This document shows, piece after piece, positions 41,068 to 50,464 of a DNA stretch of 64,000 nucleotides. The stretch covers positions 54,364 to 118,363 of the forward strand of contig JBMNMA010000009.1 in the NCBI GenBank assembly GCA_050953105.1. Direction: 5' to 3'. Both the position numbers and the translations under genes were made by a program. Numbering within the stretch: the first letter of the stretch is position 1; each line of letters begins with the position of its first letter. The notes beneath the pieces were generated by a model that did no database searches, was not told where the DNA came from, and saw only the letters and a list, made by a program, of their open reading frames with translations. The DNA is from Eubacteriales bacterium. GTDB lineage: Bacteria; Bacillota; Clostridia; Oscillospirales; CAG-382.

Positions 41068-41853
41068 ATGGATATAGCAATATTAAAGGCCTTGGAGTTT
41101 ATAGACAGGCATTTGTGCGACGAATTTTCCCTTGATGATATAGCCGGCATTGCAGGATATTCGTCATTCCATTTTGCCCGCAAACTCAAAGAGGAAACGG
41201 GAAAAACCGTTATGGACCATGTCAGGGAAAAACGTATTTTTGCGGCGGCGTGTGAGTTAAAGGCAGGAGCCAACGTCTGCGACACCGCAATGAAATACGG
41301 CTTTGACACCCATGCCGGTTTTACCAAAGCATTTACTTTAATTTACGGCTGCACTCCGGCAGAGTGCATTAAGTATGGTAGAAAATTCGATTTTAAAGGA
41401 GTAATTGATATGGAAAAATCCAAAATTGTTATTAGACCTGTTTGCAAAGACGATGTAAAAGATTTATGGGAAAACGTATACAGCGCCATGACACCCCGGC
41501 AGATAACCGAAGAAAAGGTTATGCCCGCCGTTGAACGGTTTGCCAAAAGTGAAGGGGTGGAGCTGGTGGCTCAGGTTGACGGCCGGGTGGTAATGTCGCT
41601 GCCTATGATAAAGCCCTTCTGCATTCCCCTTGGAGTGCTGTTTGACAACAACTTTGTCCTTACCGGAGGTTCTGAAGATGAAGTTATGGAAAAACCCCTT
41701 TGTGAAATGAAAAACCAGTGTAAAAAGCTGAACGTTTCAACCCTTATTACACCTCAGATGGAAGGGAGTAAAAACGCCGAAGCTTTTATGCATTTCGGCT
41801 TTACAGAGGCATTCAAGTCAAACGGATGGGTTTATCTTGCCCTTGCCGTTTAA
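41068..41853 (+). CDS. AraC family transcriptional regulator with C-terminal GNAT-like/effector domain
   Basis: N-terminal HTH segments IAGIAGYSSFHFARKLKEETG and TAMKYGFDTHAGFTKAF. The C-terminal 150 aa is not an HTH. Confidence 0.75.
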   Translation: MDIAILKALEFIDRHLCDEFSLDDIAGIAGYSSFHFARKLKEETGKTVMDHVREKRIFAAACELKAGANVCDTAMKYGFDTHAGFTKAFTLIYGCTPAECIKYGRKFDFKGVIDMEKSKIVIRPVCKDDVKDLWENVYSAMTPRQITEEKVMPAVERFAKSEGVELVAQVDGRVVMSLPMIKPFCIPLGVLFDNNFVLTGGSEDEVMEKPLCEMKNQCKKLNVSTLITPQMEGSKNAEAFMHFGFTEAFKSNGWVYLALAV

Positions 41854-41877
41854 TATAAAATAGTATAAATCCATATG

Positions 41878-41904
41878 AAGGCGCCAAATACGGCGCCTTT
41901 TTTC
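41878..41904 (+). terminator. Intrinsic terminator
   Basis: AAGGCGCC aaatac GGCGCCTT followed by TTTT. Confidence 0.8.
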
Positions 41905-42050
41905 CGCCGGCAGCCGGACAATAAATTATAAACTTAAATAAATCTTTGACTTTTTTATATTTTTATTGTAAAATATGAAAAATCCCATCAGGCACGTCAA
42001 AGGCCGTAAACGGCAGTTACCGTTAATCGCATCGAAAGGACAGCTACCGC

Positions 42051-43910
42051 ATGAAAAAAATTCTACTGGCATTTTTGTGTATTACCATTTTTGCAGGTTT
42101 AGTCGCCTGCAGTTCCGGTTCTGCCGGTGAAAACACCTCGTCAGACGAGGAAAACGAGCTTTCCGACACCTCAAATTTATCACAGGATGAAACGTCACAG
42201 GAGATATCTGAAATGGAAAACCTTATTGCAAAAAAAGTCAAAAACAGCACATCCATCCGTTTTGCGTCGGTTTACGACAAAGCCGGCGACACCGGTGAGA
42301 CGGTTTACGTTATGACTGTGCCCTATACCGATAAATATACCCTTAACTGCCCCAGAGCAAACGAAATCGAAATCTATGACAACAAAGGACAAAGCATAGG
42401 AAAGGGAAATAACTCTCTTACCGTGTCCCTTGAAAAGGATGATACAGTTTATCTTCGCATAGCAGCTGATGAAAACGCTTTCTTCCTGCTTGACATAACA
42501 AAAGAAATAAACAAGGTTGAACTGCCCTATGAGGTAATCGAAAACACCCCACTCTCGTCCTATCCCACCACCGGGGACAATGCAAAAAGCCCCCTAAAAC
42601 CCGCAGAAGTTTCTTATACAAAGCGGTCGGACGGGAGAGGGATGTATATAAACTGCAATAATCCCGAAAAGCTTACCGAAATCAACCTTAACACCTGCCT
42701 TGCCTCCGACGACATAACCGACAGGGATGTCTTTTTCACCTTTGAGCACAACAACATGAATATTCCTTTTTATTACGGATACCGTGTAACCAACACCGGG
42801 GACAGCGACCTGTATGTTACCGTTAAAAACTTCGGCTTTCAACTTGACGGTGCCGGCACCTGGCTGGGTGAGGACGAGTGGACAAAGTTCTATAATATCC
42901 CGTTCAGGGTTGACATGACCGGCTATACCACTTCCCAGTTAAACAATTTTATTGCTTATGTAGGATTTTGCAATGCATATAATAGCGAAGACCGTCAGCC
43001 TATAACCTATGTCATTCCGGCAGGTCAGTCATTCTACGTTATGGGCGGCACCACCGACGATGCCTATGCCAATATAAACGTGTTTGGCAGCGCCAACAGA
43101 ACCGTAAAGGGCGGCTGCTCCAACGGCGCCGTTATATTCTCCACCAACGGCAGCTCGGTCAAGGGCGAGTTTGTGGTTTACAACAATGTTGAAACTCTTA
43201 ATGCAAATATCGAAACCTGCCCCCAGAACGGCTATGTGGGGGACGATACCTACGGCTCTCAGTATGTGGGTTATGACGACTGCCACGGTGTGGTGGACGC
43301 CTCCTTTACCTGGACATTCAACGATGCCACCCGATCCGGCCCCCTTCCCGTTAGCTATTATAACCCCTTCTACACCTCCAAACGCAACGGAGAACGGTAT
43401 GAGGATATTTCATCTTCATTTACACCGCAAAGGTTTAGCAGGGCTTCATTCTGGACTACCCATATAAACCCCAACCATACCGAAACCGCTGTCGGCACCG
43501 ACATGACCTTTTACAATACGGTGGACAGCGTTACAAAGGAAAAAATAATAATCGACTATAAGCACTTTGACGGCAAGGGCAAAAATGCCAATATAGGAAA
43601 CTGGATGGTTGACTACATAGAAATTTTCACTCTGGTAAACCAGGGGGACAAGGATAGGGAATTTACCTACTCCATGACACACAGCGGTGTTATTTTAGCC
43701 TTTGTAAGGGATGATGCCGGCTTTGTTAGCGACACCTATTCGCCTTCATACTGCGTTAAGATTGCAAAATCCACCTACGGTGATGCCATAAGCCAGACCT
43801 TTGTCTATACCATTACAGTCCCTGCCCACAGCGTTGTCCGTTTTTCGGTAGACTACAACCTGTGCGCCAACTCCAACGGACATATCCGTCACGAAGCAAG
43901 GCTGGATTAA
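42051..43910 (+). CDS. Hypothetical lipoprotein (619 aa)
   Basis: Lipobox LVAC followed by an acidic S/E-rich linker. No recognisable catalytic motif. Confidence 0.6.
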   Translation: MKKILLAFLCITIFAGLVACSSGSAGENTSSDEENELSDTSNLSQDETSQEISEMENLIAKKVKNSTSIRFASVYDKAGDTGETVYVMTVPYTDKYTLNCPRANEIEIYDNKGQSIGKGNNSLTVSLEKDDTVYLRIAADENAFFLLDITKEINKVELPYEVIENTPLSSYPTTGDNAKSPLKPAEVSYTKRSDGRGMYINCNNPEKLTEINLNTCLASDDITDRDVFFTFEHNNMNIPFYYGYRVTNTGDSDLYVTVKNFGFQLDGAGTWLGEDEWTKFYNIPFRVDMTGYTTSQLNNFIAYVGFCNAYNSEDRQPITYVIPAGQSFYVMGGTTDDAYANINVFGSANRTVKGGCSNGAVIFSTNGSSVKGEFVVYNNVETLNANIETCPQNGYVGDDTYGSQYVGYDDCHGVVDASFTWTFNDATRSGPLPVSYYNPFYTSKRNGERYEDISSSFTPQRFSRASFWTTHINPNHTETAVGTDMTFYNTVDSVTKEKIIIDYKHFDGKGKNANIGNWMVDYIEIFTLVNQGDKDREFTYSMTHSGVILAFVRDDAGFVSDTYSPSYCVKIAKSTYGDAISQTFVYTITVPAHSVVRFSVDYNLCANSNGHIRHEARLD

Positions 43911-44121
43911 AATATCCGGTCTGAAACATTAATAAATGCAAAGCATATTTCGTCTTCCTTACGGCTTGGACAGAAATATGCTTTCTTTTATATCTTTTAT
44001 CTTGGCATAAATCGACACCGAGTTTTATAAATTAATAAAAATAAACTTGTATTTTATTGACATATTTCAAAAAAACGGTATTATTTTATTGTGTTGTCAA
44101 AAAATCCAACGGGAGGTAAAC

Positions 44122-44238
44122 ATGAACTGGGATAATCTTGAACTGGGTTGGCAGGCTGCTTTTTTTAATGGCTGGGAAGCCTTTTGCCTTGGCACAATCC
44201 CCATTGGGGCAGCCATAATGAATGAAAATAACGAATAG
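44122..44238 (+). pseudogene. 5' fragment (38 aa) of a cytidine/blasticidin-S deaminase-like gene
   Basis: SD GGGAGG, ATG 44122, MNWDNLELGWQAAFFNGWEAFCLGTIPIGAAIMNENNE, then TAG. The fold continues at 49234 (see findings). Confidence 0.6.
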
Positions 44239-44390
44239 GAGAACAAGCAGATAAATACGGTATAAAAATCGGGCTAAAATTTACATTGTTTATTTTGCGA
44301 AAATGATCATTATAAATTAAACTTTACACCGGGCTGCCGAAAAATGAGGCTTACTATGGCCGATTATAAAATATTCACTTTATACCTCCA

Positions 44391-44630
44391 TTGCATCTAA
44401 ATCATGAAAAACTAGTGGGCATATATTGCCGTGTGAGCACAAGCAGTGCTTATCAGTTAAAAAGTCTTACCGCCCAAGTTTCGGCGCTAACCAGATTGAC
44501 AGTTGCTAATCCCAAATGGTTGTTGGTTGATGTATGTATTGACATTGCATCTAGCAAGACAGGTTCCTCTCGAAAAGAATTTGCCCGAACGCTGAAGGAC
44601 TCATGCGAAAAAGCAAAAAATACAGTTTAA
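44391..44630 (+). pseudogene. Serine recombinase N-terminal remnant
   Basis: LVGIYCRVSTSSAYQLKSLTAQ...NPKWLLVDVCIDIASSKTGSSRKEFARTL corresponds to the resolvase catalytic-domain pattern (YxRVST..Q...SL..Q; Y.D.G.SG). It is degenerate and truncated after 79 aa. The natural ATG (atgaaaaac) is out of frame by one A. Confidence 0.6.
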
Positions 44631-44697
44631 ATAAGTAAATAATTAAGAAATTGAGATAGATCGCAATTCGATATTATTGTGAATAGGAGGACTTTCG

Positions 44698-45291
44698 ATG
44701 ATTGACTTTGAAACTAATGCAAGAACAGCTGGTGCTTATGTTTTGAATAATGGATATTTTGTATTTATGTTTGGATTTGGAACTAATCATAAAGACAATG
44801 AACTTGGAGTTGTTCGTTTTGGAGGGCATCTCGAAAAAGGTGAAACAGCAATTCAATGTGTGATTAGAGAAGTAAAAGAGGAATCCTCACTTGATATTGA
44901 TTTCTATGACAACAAATATATTTACATAGAAAAAGATAATGGTAAAAGTTATGAAAAAATCAAAGGAAAAGAAGGCAATAATCCGATATTAGCTCTCAAA
45001 CGGCAAGACAATAGTATATCCATAATGTATTTAGCGTATGGAAAAGGGAAATTAGTTCCCAGTATGGAAACACAGGGTATACTTTTGCTTCGTAAAGAAG
45101 ACATTAATTTGATTTGTTCAAAAGATATAACCTTTAAAGAATATAAGAATAATGGTGGAAAATATATATTGGCTAATTCATTTCCGGATGATGCCATTTT
45201 AATACCGCATAATCAAATGCGTTTTTTGAACAAATTATTTACATTAGAGAGTGAATTAATGACTGACTATATAAGTTCATATACTCCATAG
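44698..45291 (+). CDS. Nudix-like protein
   Basis: Near-complete Nudix box GGHLEKGETAIQCVIREVKEESSL (Gx5Ex7REVxEExS, with the last G replaced by S). SD AGGAGG. Very AT-rich. Confidence 0.65.
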   Translation: MIDFETNARTAGAYVLNNGYFVFMFGFGTNHKDNELGVVRFGGHLEKGETAIQCVIREVKEESSLDIDFYDNKYIYIEKDNGKSYEKIKGKEGNNPILALKRQDNSISIMYLAYGKGKLVPSMETQGILLLRKEDINLICSKDITFKEYKNNGGKYILANSFPDDAILIPHNQMRFLNKLFTLESELMTDYISSYTP

Positions 45292-45495
45292 AACCCTAAG
45301 TTTAAGCATAATTTGAAGCTGTTTTATTTCGCAATATTCCTAAAAGGCTAATTTTGATAAGTAAAAGCGACAAAAACAGAAATAGCCTAATCAAAAATTA
45401 ATTTTAAGTGGTCAGAATAGATGTTAAGCCAGCATAAGCACAGCATTTTACTGTATTTTTCAAATATGTGAAATCGCCTAAAAACTTAATGTTGA

Positions 45496-45657
45496 GACGC
45501 ATACATTATTGTTAAAAACCAGATACCGCTTTTAGGTGAGTTTGAGTCAAACGGAGTTAAAATAGTAAAACGCCTTGAAAAAACCACATACCACAACACC
45601 GAGTTTGTCATTGAAGACATTGACGGCAGGTGGATATATTTCGGCTACAAGGAGTAG
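45496..45657 (+). pseudogene. C-terminal remnant of a glyoxalase/bleomycin-resistance (VOC) family gene
   Basis: The frame reads DAYIIVKNQIPLLGEFESNGVKIVKRLEKTTYHNTEFVIEDIDGRWIYFGYKE*. It has no start and follows a TGA. Confidence 0.5.
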
Positions 45658-45687
45658 AAGTGATTTTTTATCGAAGGGATAAGGTAA

Positions 45688-48320
45688 TGAAGGGCTTTGA
45701 CAACATAAATTTCCACGGAGAATTCCGTAATTATCAGTCAAGGGTGCTTGACAATGCCGACAATTATTTAAAAGACGGAAAATTAAACATAGTGGCTCCG
45801 CCGGGAAGCGGCAAAACCGTCCTCGGTCTTGAACTTATTCGCAGACTGGGCGAACCTACGATTATATTATCTCCTACCACTGCCATTAAACATCAATGGG
45901 GCGAAAGGTTTAAGGAATATTTCCTTGATGATAAAAGCAGTTTTGATTTACTGTTTTCATTTGATCTTCACAATGTAAAGCTTATAAATTCCATAACCTA
46001 TCAGGCGCTTTATACTTCCGTCGAAAAGGTATCCATAAGCGACGGCGATACCGATTTATCGGATATCGACCTTTTTGCCACTATCAATAAGTTCGGAATA
46101 AAAACCATCTGCCTTGACGAGGCACACCACCTTAAAAACGAATGGCAAAAGGCACTGGAGAAATTTATAACTGCCCTTAAAGATAAGGTTAACATAATAT
46201 CATTCACCGCAACGCCGCCCTATGATGCGGAAGGTTCAGAATGGGAAAGGTATATTAATGTTTGCGGTGAAATTGACGAGGAAATTTTTATCCCCGAGCT
46301 GGTCAGCCATAAGAATCTCTGCCCCCATCAGGACTACATATATTTTAATTTCCCCACCGAAGCCGAAACGCAATCCTTTTTAAGACATAAAGAAAACGCT
46401 GTCAAAGCCGTTTGGGAAATTAGCAGGCTGGCGTTTATAAAGGACATTTGCGAAAAGGTAAATAGTGAAAACGACTATGAAACCCTGCTTTCGGCAGTAA
46501 ATGAATATACCGCTTTGCTTGTGCTGTTTAGCCATTACGGGTTTGATGTAAACCGCAAGCATGTGCGTGAGCTTACCGGTAAGAAAAGCTTACCCGACTT
46601 TAATATGACCTTTGCCGAAACTGCGCTGCAGTTTATCCTTGACGGCAATCTGGCAGATGAAACGCATAAGGGCGAGATTATAAACATACTAAAGAAAAAT
46701 TCGGTATATGATAAAAACCGTCCCACCCTTGTTTTAACCGAAAGGTTAAAACGGATGCTTATTTCCTCCGCAGGTAAGCTTGAAAGCATAAAGCAGATTG
46801 TTAAAAGCGAAATAAAAAACACGGGCAGCAGCCTTAGAATGCTTATTTTAACCGACTTTATAAAAAAAGAAACCCTCTCAATGGTTGCCACCGAACAAAA
46901 TTTCAATACATTAAATATTATCAGCATTTTTGAAACCTTAAGAAGGGAAAATTACGGTATTAATATAGGCGTGTTATCCGGTTCGATTGCAATACTGCCT
47001 GAAACCGTTGATTTATCGCCTATAAAGTATAAAAGGGAAGCATTAGGAGACACGGGTTATTGTTATTTTTATTTGCCTTCATCAAGCCATCAGCTTGTGG
47101 CACATGCTGGCAGTTTATTCGAAAAAGGTGAAATTCAAATTCTTATAGGCACCAAGTCCCTTCTTGGGGAAGGTTGGGATTCTCCCGTGATAAATTCCCT
47201 CATTATTGCCAGCAATGTGGGCAGCTTTGTCCTTTCCAATCAAATGCGGGGGCGTGCCATCCGCACAGACAAAAATAATCCCGAAAAGACGGCAAATATA
47301 TGGCATCTTGCCACGGTTGAGCCTGATTATATTTTTAAGGACAAACCGCTTGCCCAATTAACCAAATATTTAAGTCAAGATAACCAAGAGCTGGTTTCCT
47401 GCGATTTTGATATATTAAAACGCCGCTTTGACACCTTTATGGGCCCAAACTACACAACGGGAGATATTGTAAGCGGAATTGAAAGAATAACCGCTATTAA
47501 GCCGCCGTTTGATAAAAAAGGAATTGAAAAAATTAACAACAAAATGCTTTCATTGTCCTCTTATCGGCAGATAACAAACGAAAAATGGAACACGCTTGTA
47601 AACGGTAAATTTTTCACCGTAAGGGCTGAAGCAAAAATTCCGACACAAAAGCGTGTGCCGCCGTATGTCTTTGTGAATATGGGGGTGGTGTTGTTAGAGT
47701 TTCTTTTGCTATATGCGGTTTTTAAGTCTATGCTTGATGTGTTAATCAGCGGTAATATAGCTTGGGGTATAGGGCATATTGTTGTTTCGATCGGCATAAC
47801 CGTTATGCTTTATAAGTCTGTCAGAAAGTTTATAATACTTATAAACCCCGCAGAATCAATTAAAGCCCTTGGCTCTGCCGTGTATAAGACGCTGGTGGAC
47901 TGTGTATTTATTTCGCCGTCGGCAAAGGTTGAGGTGGAAAGCGATAAAAAGCAGTATGTTGTGTCCATGCAGCTTCGTAATGCATCTGTTCACGATCAAA
48001 ATATATTCAACACCGCAATAACCGAAATGCTTTCCCCAATTGACAACCCGAAGTATATTTTAATCAAAAAGAGCATTTTCGGCCGTTACAATTACCGCCT
48101 TTCCTTTGCCTGTCCGTCGATTATTGCAAAAAGAAAGGAATATGCCGGCATTCTCGCCAAAAACTTAAGGTTTCCCAACGGACGTTTTGAGGTTGTTAAT
48201 GTTCACAGGGAAAACGGGCGAAGGTTTATCCTAAAATGCCGTAAAAAGTCGTACATAAGCCTTAATCAAAGGTTGATTGAAAAGAGGTATAAGGTAACAG
48301 AATCATATAGCAATATATAA
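45688..48320 (+). CDS. SF2 DEAH-box helicase (ResIII/XPB-like) with two predicted TM helices and an unknown C-terminal domain
   Basis: Motif I APPGSGKT, Ia ILSPTTAIKHQW, II LDEAHH, III FTATP, V LIGTKSLLGEGWDSP, VI QMRGRAIR. Hydrophobic helices YVFVNMGVVLLEFLLLYAVF and IAWGIGHIVVSIGITVMLY. ATG 45688 is preferred over the track start 45630, which overlaps the VOC remnant. Confidence 0.85.
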
Positions 48321-48380
48321 GCTGCTGAAAGTTGTTTTAGAGATAAATAATATCAACTGTAAAAACGGAGGAAAAGCAGT

Positions 48381-49229
48381 ATGACCGACAAGGATTTTAA
48401 CAAAATATATGACCTTTACATAAAATGCTTTCCCGAATATCCGGCAAAGAGAAAGTTGTTTTTTGATCTGCTTGAGCTTGAAAAGGCGGTTATTATTCCG
48501 GCTTATGAAGGCGGCCGCCTTGCGGGGTATTCCATGATTCACGGTAACTCCATATCGCTTTTATGCGTGGACGAGGAGTATCGCCGCAAGGGAATAGGCA
48601 GCAGGCTGCTTGAAAAATCCGAGGAGCATATTTTTAACACCGGGGCGAATAAAATTATCCTTGGCAGGGGTAGCCGATATATCCTTCAAGGCGTCCCCGA
48701 CGACAATTTTTCCGCCGTAGGCTTTTTCAAAAACAAAGGGTATACTGCCCAATGGACTTCGGTGAACATGTCCCTTGATCTTGCGGATTTCTCATTGAAC
48801 AAGCTTGCGATTCCCCCCTGCCCGGCGGATGTGGTTTTCCGCTTTGCCAAGGAAGGTGAAAAAGAGGCTGTCCTTAAAGCAGTAGATGATGCCCAGGCAG
48901 GCTGGCATTGCATTTTCGAAAACTGCGCCGACCCGGTGTTTGTTGCCGAATGGGGTGGGGAAATAGCGGGTTTTGAGATTTTGTCCCCCCAAGGCGGCAG
49001 ATTTGTACCTGCCGGCGAGACGGTCGGCTGCGTGGGGTGTGTGGGGGTTATTCACAAAGCCAGAAACAAAGGTATCGGTATGCAGATGGTGGCCCACGGC
49101 ATAGAGTGGCTGAAAGCCAGGGGATGCACGTCAATAGAGCTACGCTATGTCCACCTTGTGGACTGGTATAAAAAGCTGGGGTTTAAGGTTATCCGCCATC
49201 AATGGATGGGTGAGAAAACAAGACCGTAA
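48381..49229 (+). CDS. Tandem GNAT-domain acetyltransferase
   Basis: Two motif-A regions: VDEEYRRKGIGSRLLEKSE and HKARNKGIGMQMVAHGIEWLK. SD GGAGGAA. The stop lies 4 nt before the 3' deaminase fragment. Confidence 0.75.
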   Translation: MTDKDFNKIYDLYIKCFPEYPAKRKLFFDLLELEKAVIIPAYEGGRLAGYSMIHGNSISLLCVDEEYRRKGIGSRLLEKSEEHIFNTGANKIILGRGSRYILQGVPDDNFSAVGFFKNKGYTAQWTSVNMSLDLADFSLNKLAIPPCPADVVFRFAKEGEKEAVLKAVDDAQAGWHCIFENCADPVFVAEWGGEIAGFEILSPQGGRFVPAGETVGCVGCVGVIHKARNKGIGMQMVAHGIEWLKARGCTSIELRYVHLVDWYKKLGFKVIRHQWMGEKTRP

Positions 49230-49233
49230 ATAA

Positions 49234-49379
49234 TATGTGGGTGTATGCATAGATAGGACCTGCTCATTGGGATTATGTGCCGAGCAAAACGCCGCTGCCA
49301 ATATGATTACCCACGGGGAAAGATATTGTTAGATTATGATACACGAAAAACCGTCAAGTTAAAAGTGCTTGTCCCCTAA
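49234..49379 (+). pseudogene. 3' fragments of the same cytidine/blasticidin-S deaminase-like gene (further frameshifted and internally deleted)
   Basis: YVGVCIDRTCSLGLCAEQNAAANMITHGE (C-A-E zinc/catalytic motif), then a frame change to KILLDYDTRKTVKLKVLVP*. The PCxxC segment is absent. Confidence 0.55.
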
Positions 49380-49421
49380 TGATGGGGATAAGATGAATTT
49401 AATAAAACCGAAGGTGATATT

Positions 49422-50159
49422 GTGTCAGATTTGTATGAAAAGTTTGCTTACGATTACGACGAATTCGGGCCGATAGAGGATTATCTGGGGGCAGAAAAGG
49501 AATTTTTCGCAAAGCTTTTTACCGAACATGGCGTCAAAACTGTCCTTGACTGCGCCTGCGGAACAGGGCAGCATTTGCTTATGCTTGCAAAATCGGGGTT
49601 TGATGTTTGGGGTTCGGACTATTCAAAGTCAATGCTTGAGGTGGCCGGGGAAAATCTGAAAAAGAATGGTTTAGACATTCCGTTATGTCAATGCGATTTC
49701 AGATATCTTGAAAGCCGGTTTGATAAAACCTTTGATGCTGTTGTCTGCCTTACAAACTCCCTGCCACACCTGCACACAGACGAGGATCTGCTTACGGCGC
49801 TTTATTCAATGAAAAACAGGCTTAACAAAAACGGTCTGCTGGTGCTGACCTCCGGCACAACACACTACACCCTCACCCTGCCCCCCATTGAGGTGGTGGT
49901 CAACCGTCCCGACTTTTCAAGGGTTTTTGTTAAGGAAAGCGACGGATATTATCAGACCATTCATGTTTTGGATTTGTTCCACAGTAATACCCGGCTTGAA
50001 TCCAATCAATACGATATTATCTACCGTATTTTATACGACAATGATTACAAACAGCTGCTTACTGATACGGGTTTTTCTGATATCCGTCTGTACGGGGATT
50101 ATAAGATGAATCCATACAACAGGCAAAGTATGCGGATTATTGTGGTTGCCAAGGCTTAA
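49422..50159 (+). CDS. Class I SAM-dependent methyltransferase
   Basis: VLDCACGTGQH (motif I), WGSDYSKSML, AVVCLTNSLPHL. GTG start after GAAGGTGA. Confidence 0.8.
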   Translation: MSDLYEKFAYDYDEFGPIEDYLGAEKEFFAKLFTEHGVKTVLDCACGTGQHLLMLAKSGFDVWGSDYSKSMLEVAGENLKKNGLDIPLCQCDFRYLESRFDKTFDAVVCLTNSLPHLHTDEDLLTALYSMKNRLNKNGLLVLTSGTTHYTLTLPPIEVVVNRPDFSRVFVKESDGYYQTIHVLDLFHSNTRLESNQYDIIYRILYDNDYKQLLTDTGFSDIRLYGDYKMNPYNRQSMRIIVVAKA

Positions 50160-50426
50160 ATTTATCAATAAAAAACACTCTGCAAAAGCTTTTTGCAGAG
50201 TGTTTATAAATTTATTTAAGCTTATTTATAGGTGATTTAAGGTTTTCAATCTCGTCTTTTGACAGCTTTTCGGAAAAATGTAAAAAAATACAGCTTAACT
50301 CGGTTAAGAAGCTTCATATAAAGAGGGTATCTAACTTTTGATATCTTTCCGAAAAAACCACCGCATCTAACGGACTGAATATATAAGCATCAAATCCAAA
50401 AAAGTAAAAGTAATGCGAAAAAAGCA

Positions 50427-50459
50427 TAAAAACAACCGCCGGGTGTTATCCCGGCGGTT
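50427..50459 (-). terminator. Intrinsic terminator of the Fe-S protein gene
   Basis: The minus strand reads AACCGCCGGG ataaca CCCGGCGGTT followed by GTTTTTAT. Confidence 0.75.
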
Positions 50460-50464
50460 TGGTT

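Larger units (their letters stand above)
44236..49233. mobile_element. About 5-kb insertion (decayed integrative island) within the deaminase-like gene
   Basis: Flanked by the two colinear halves of one CDA-fold gene. Contains a serine recombinase remnant next to the left junction, a VOC gene remnant and a very AT-rich segment (about 44.6-45.5 kb). Boundaries are good to a few bp. Confidence 0.55.

Noticed and set aside
44239-44257. Calling the junction repeats (44239-44257 / 49212-49232) as att sites
   Set aside because: Only about 15 of 21 positions match in purine/AT-rich sequence. Serine recombinases do not generate long direct repeats. It is kept as a note inside the insertion finding, not as a feature.
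45630-45687. Upstream extension of the helicase ORF (track start 45630)
   Set aside because: The extension overlaps the 3' end of the VOC remnant in another frame. ATG 45688 follows a GGGATAAGG purine tract and gives a typical helicase N-terminus.
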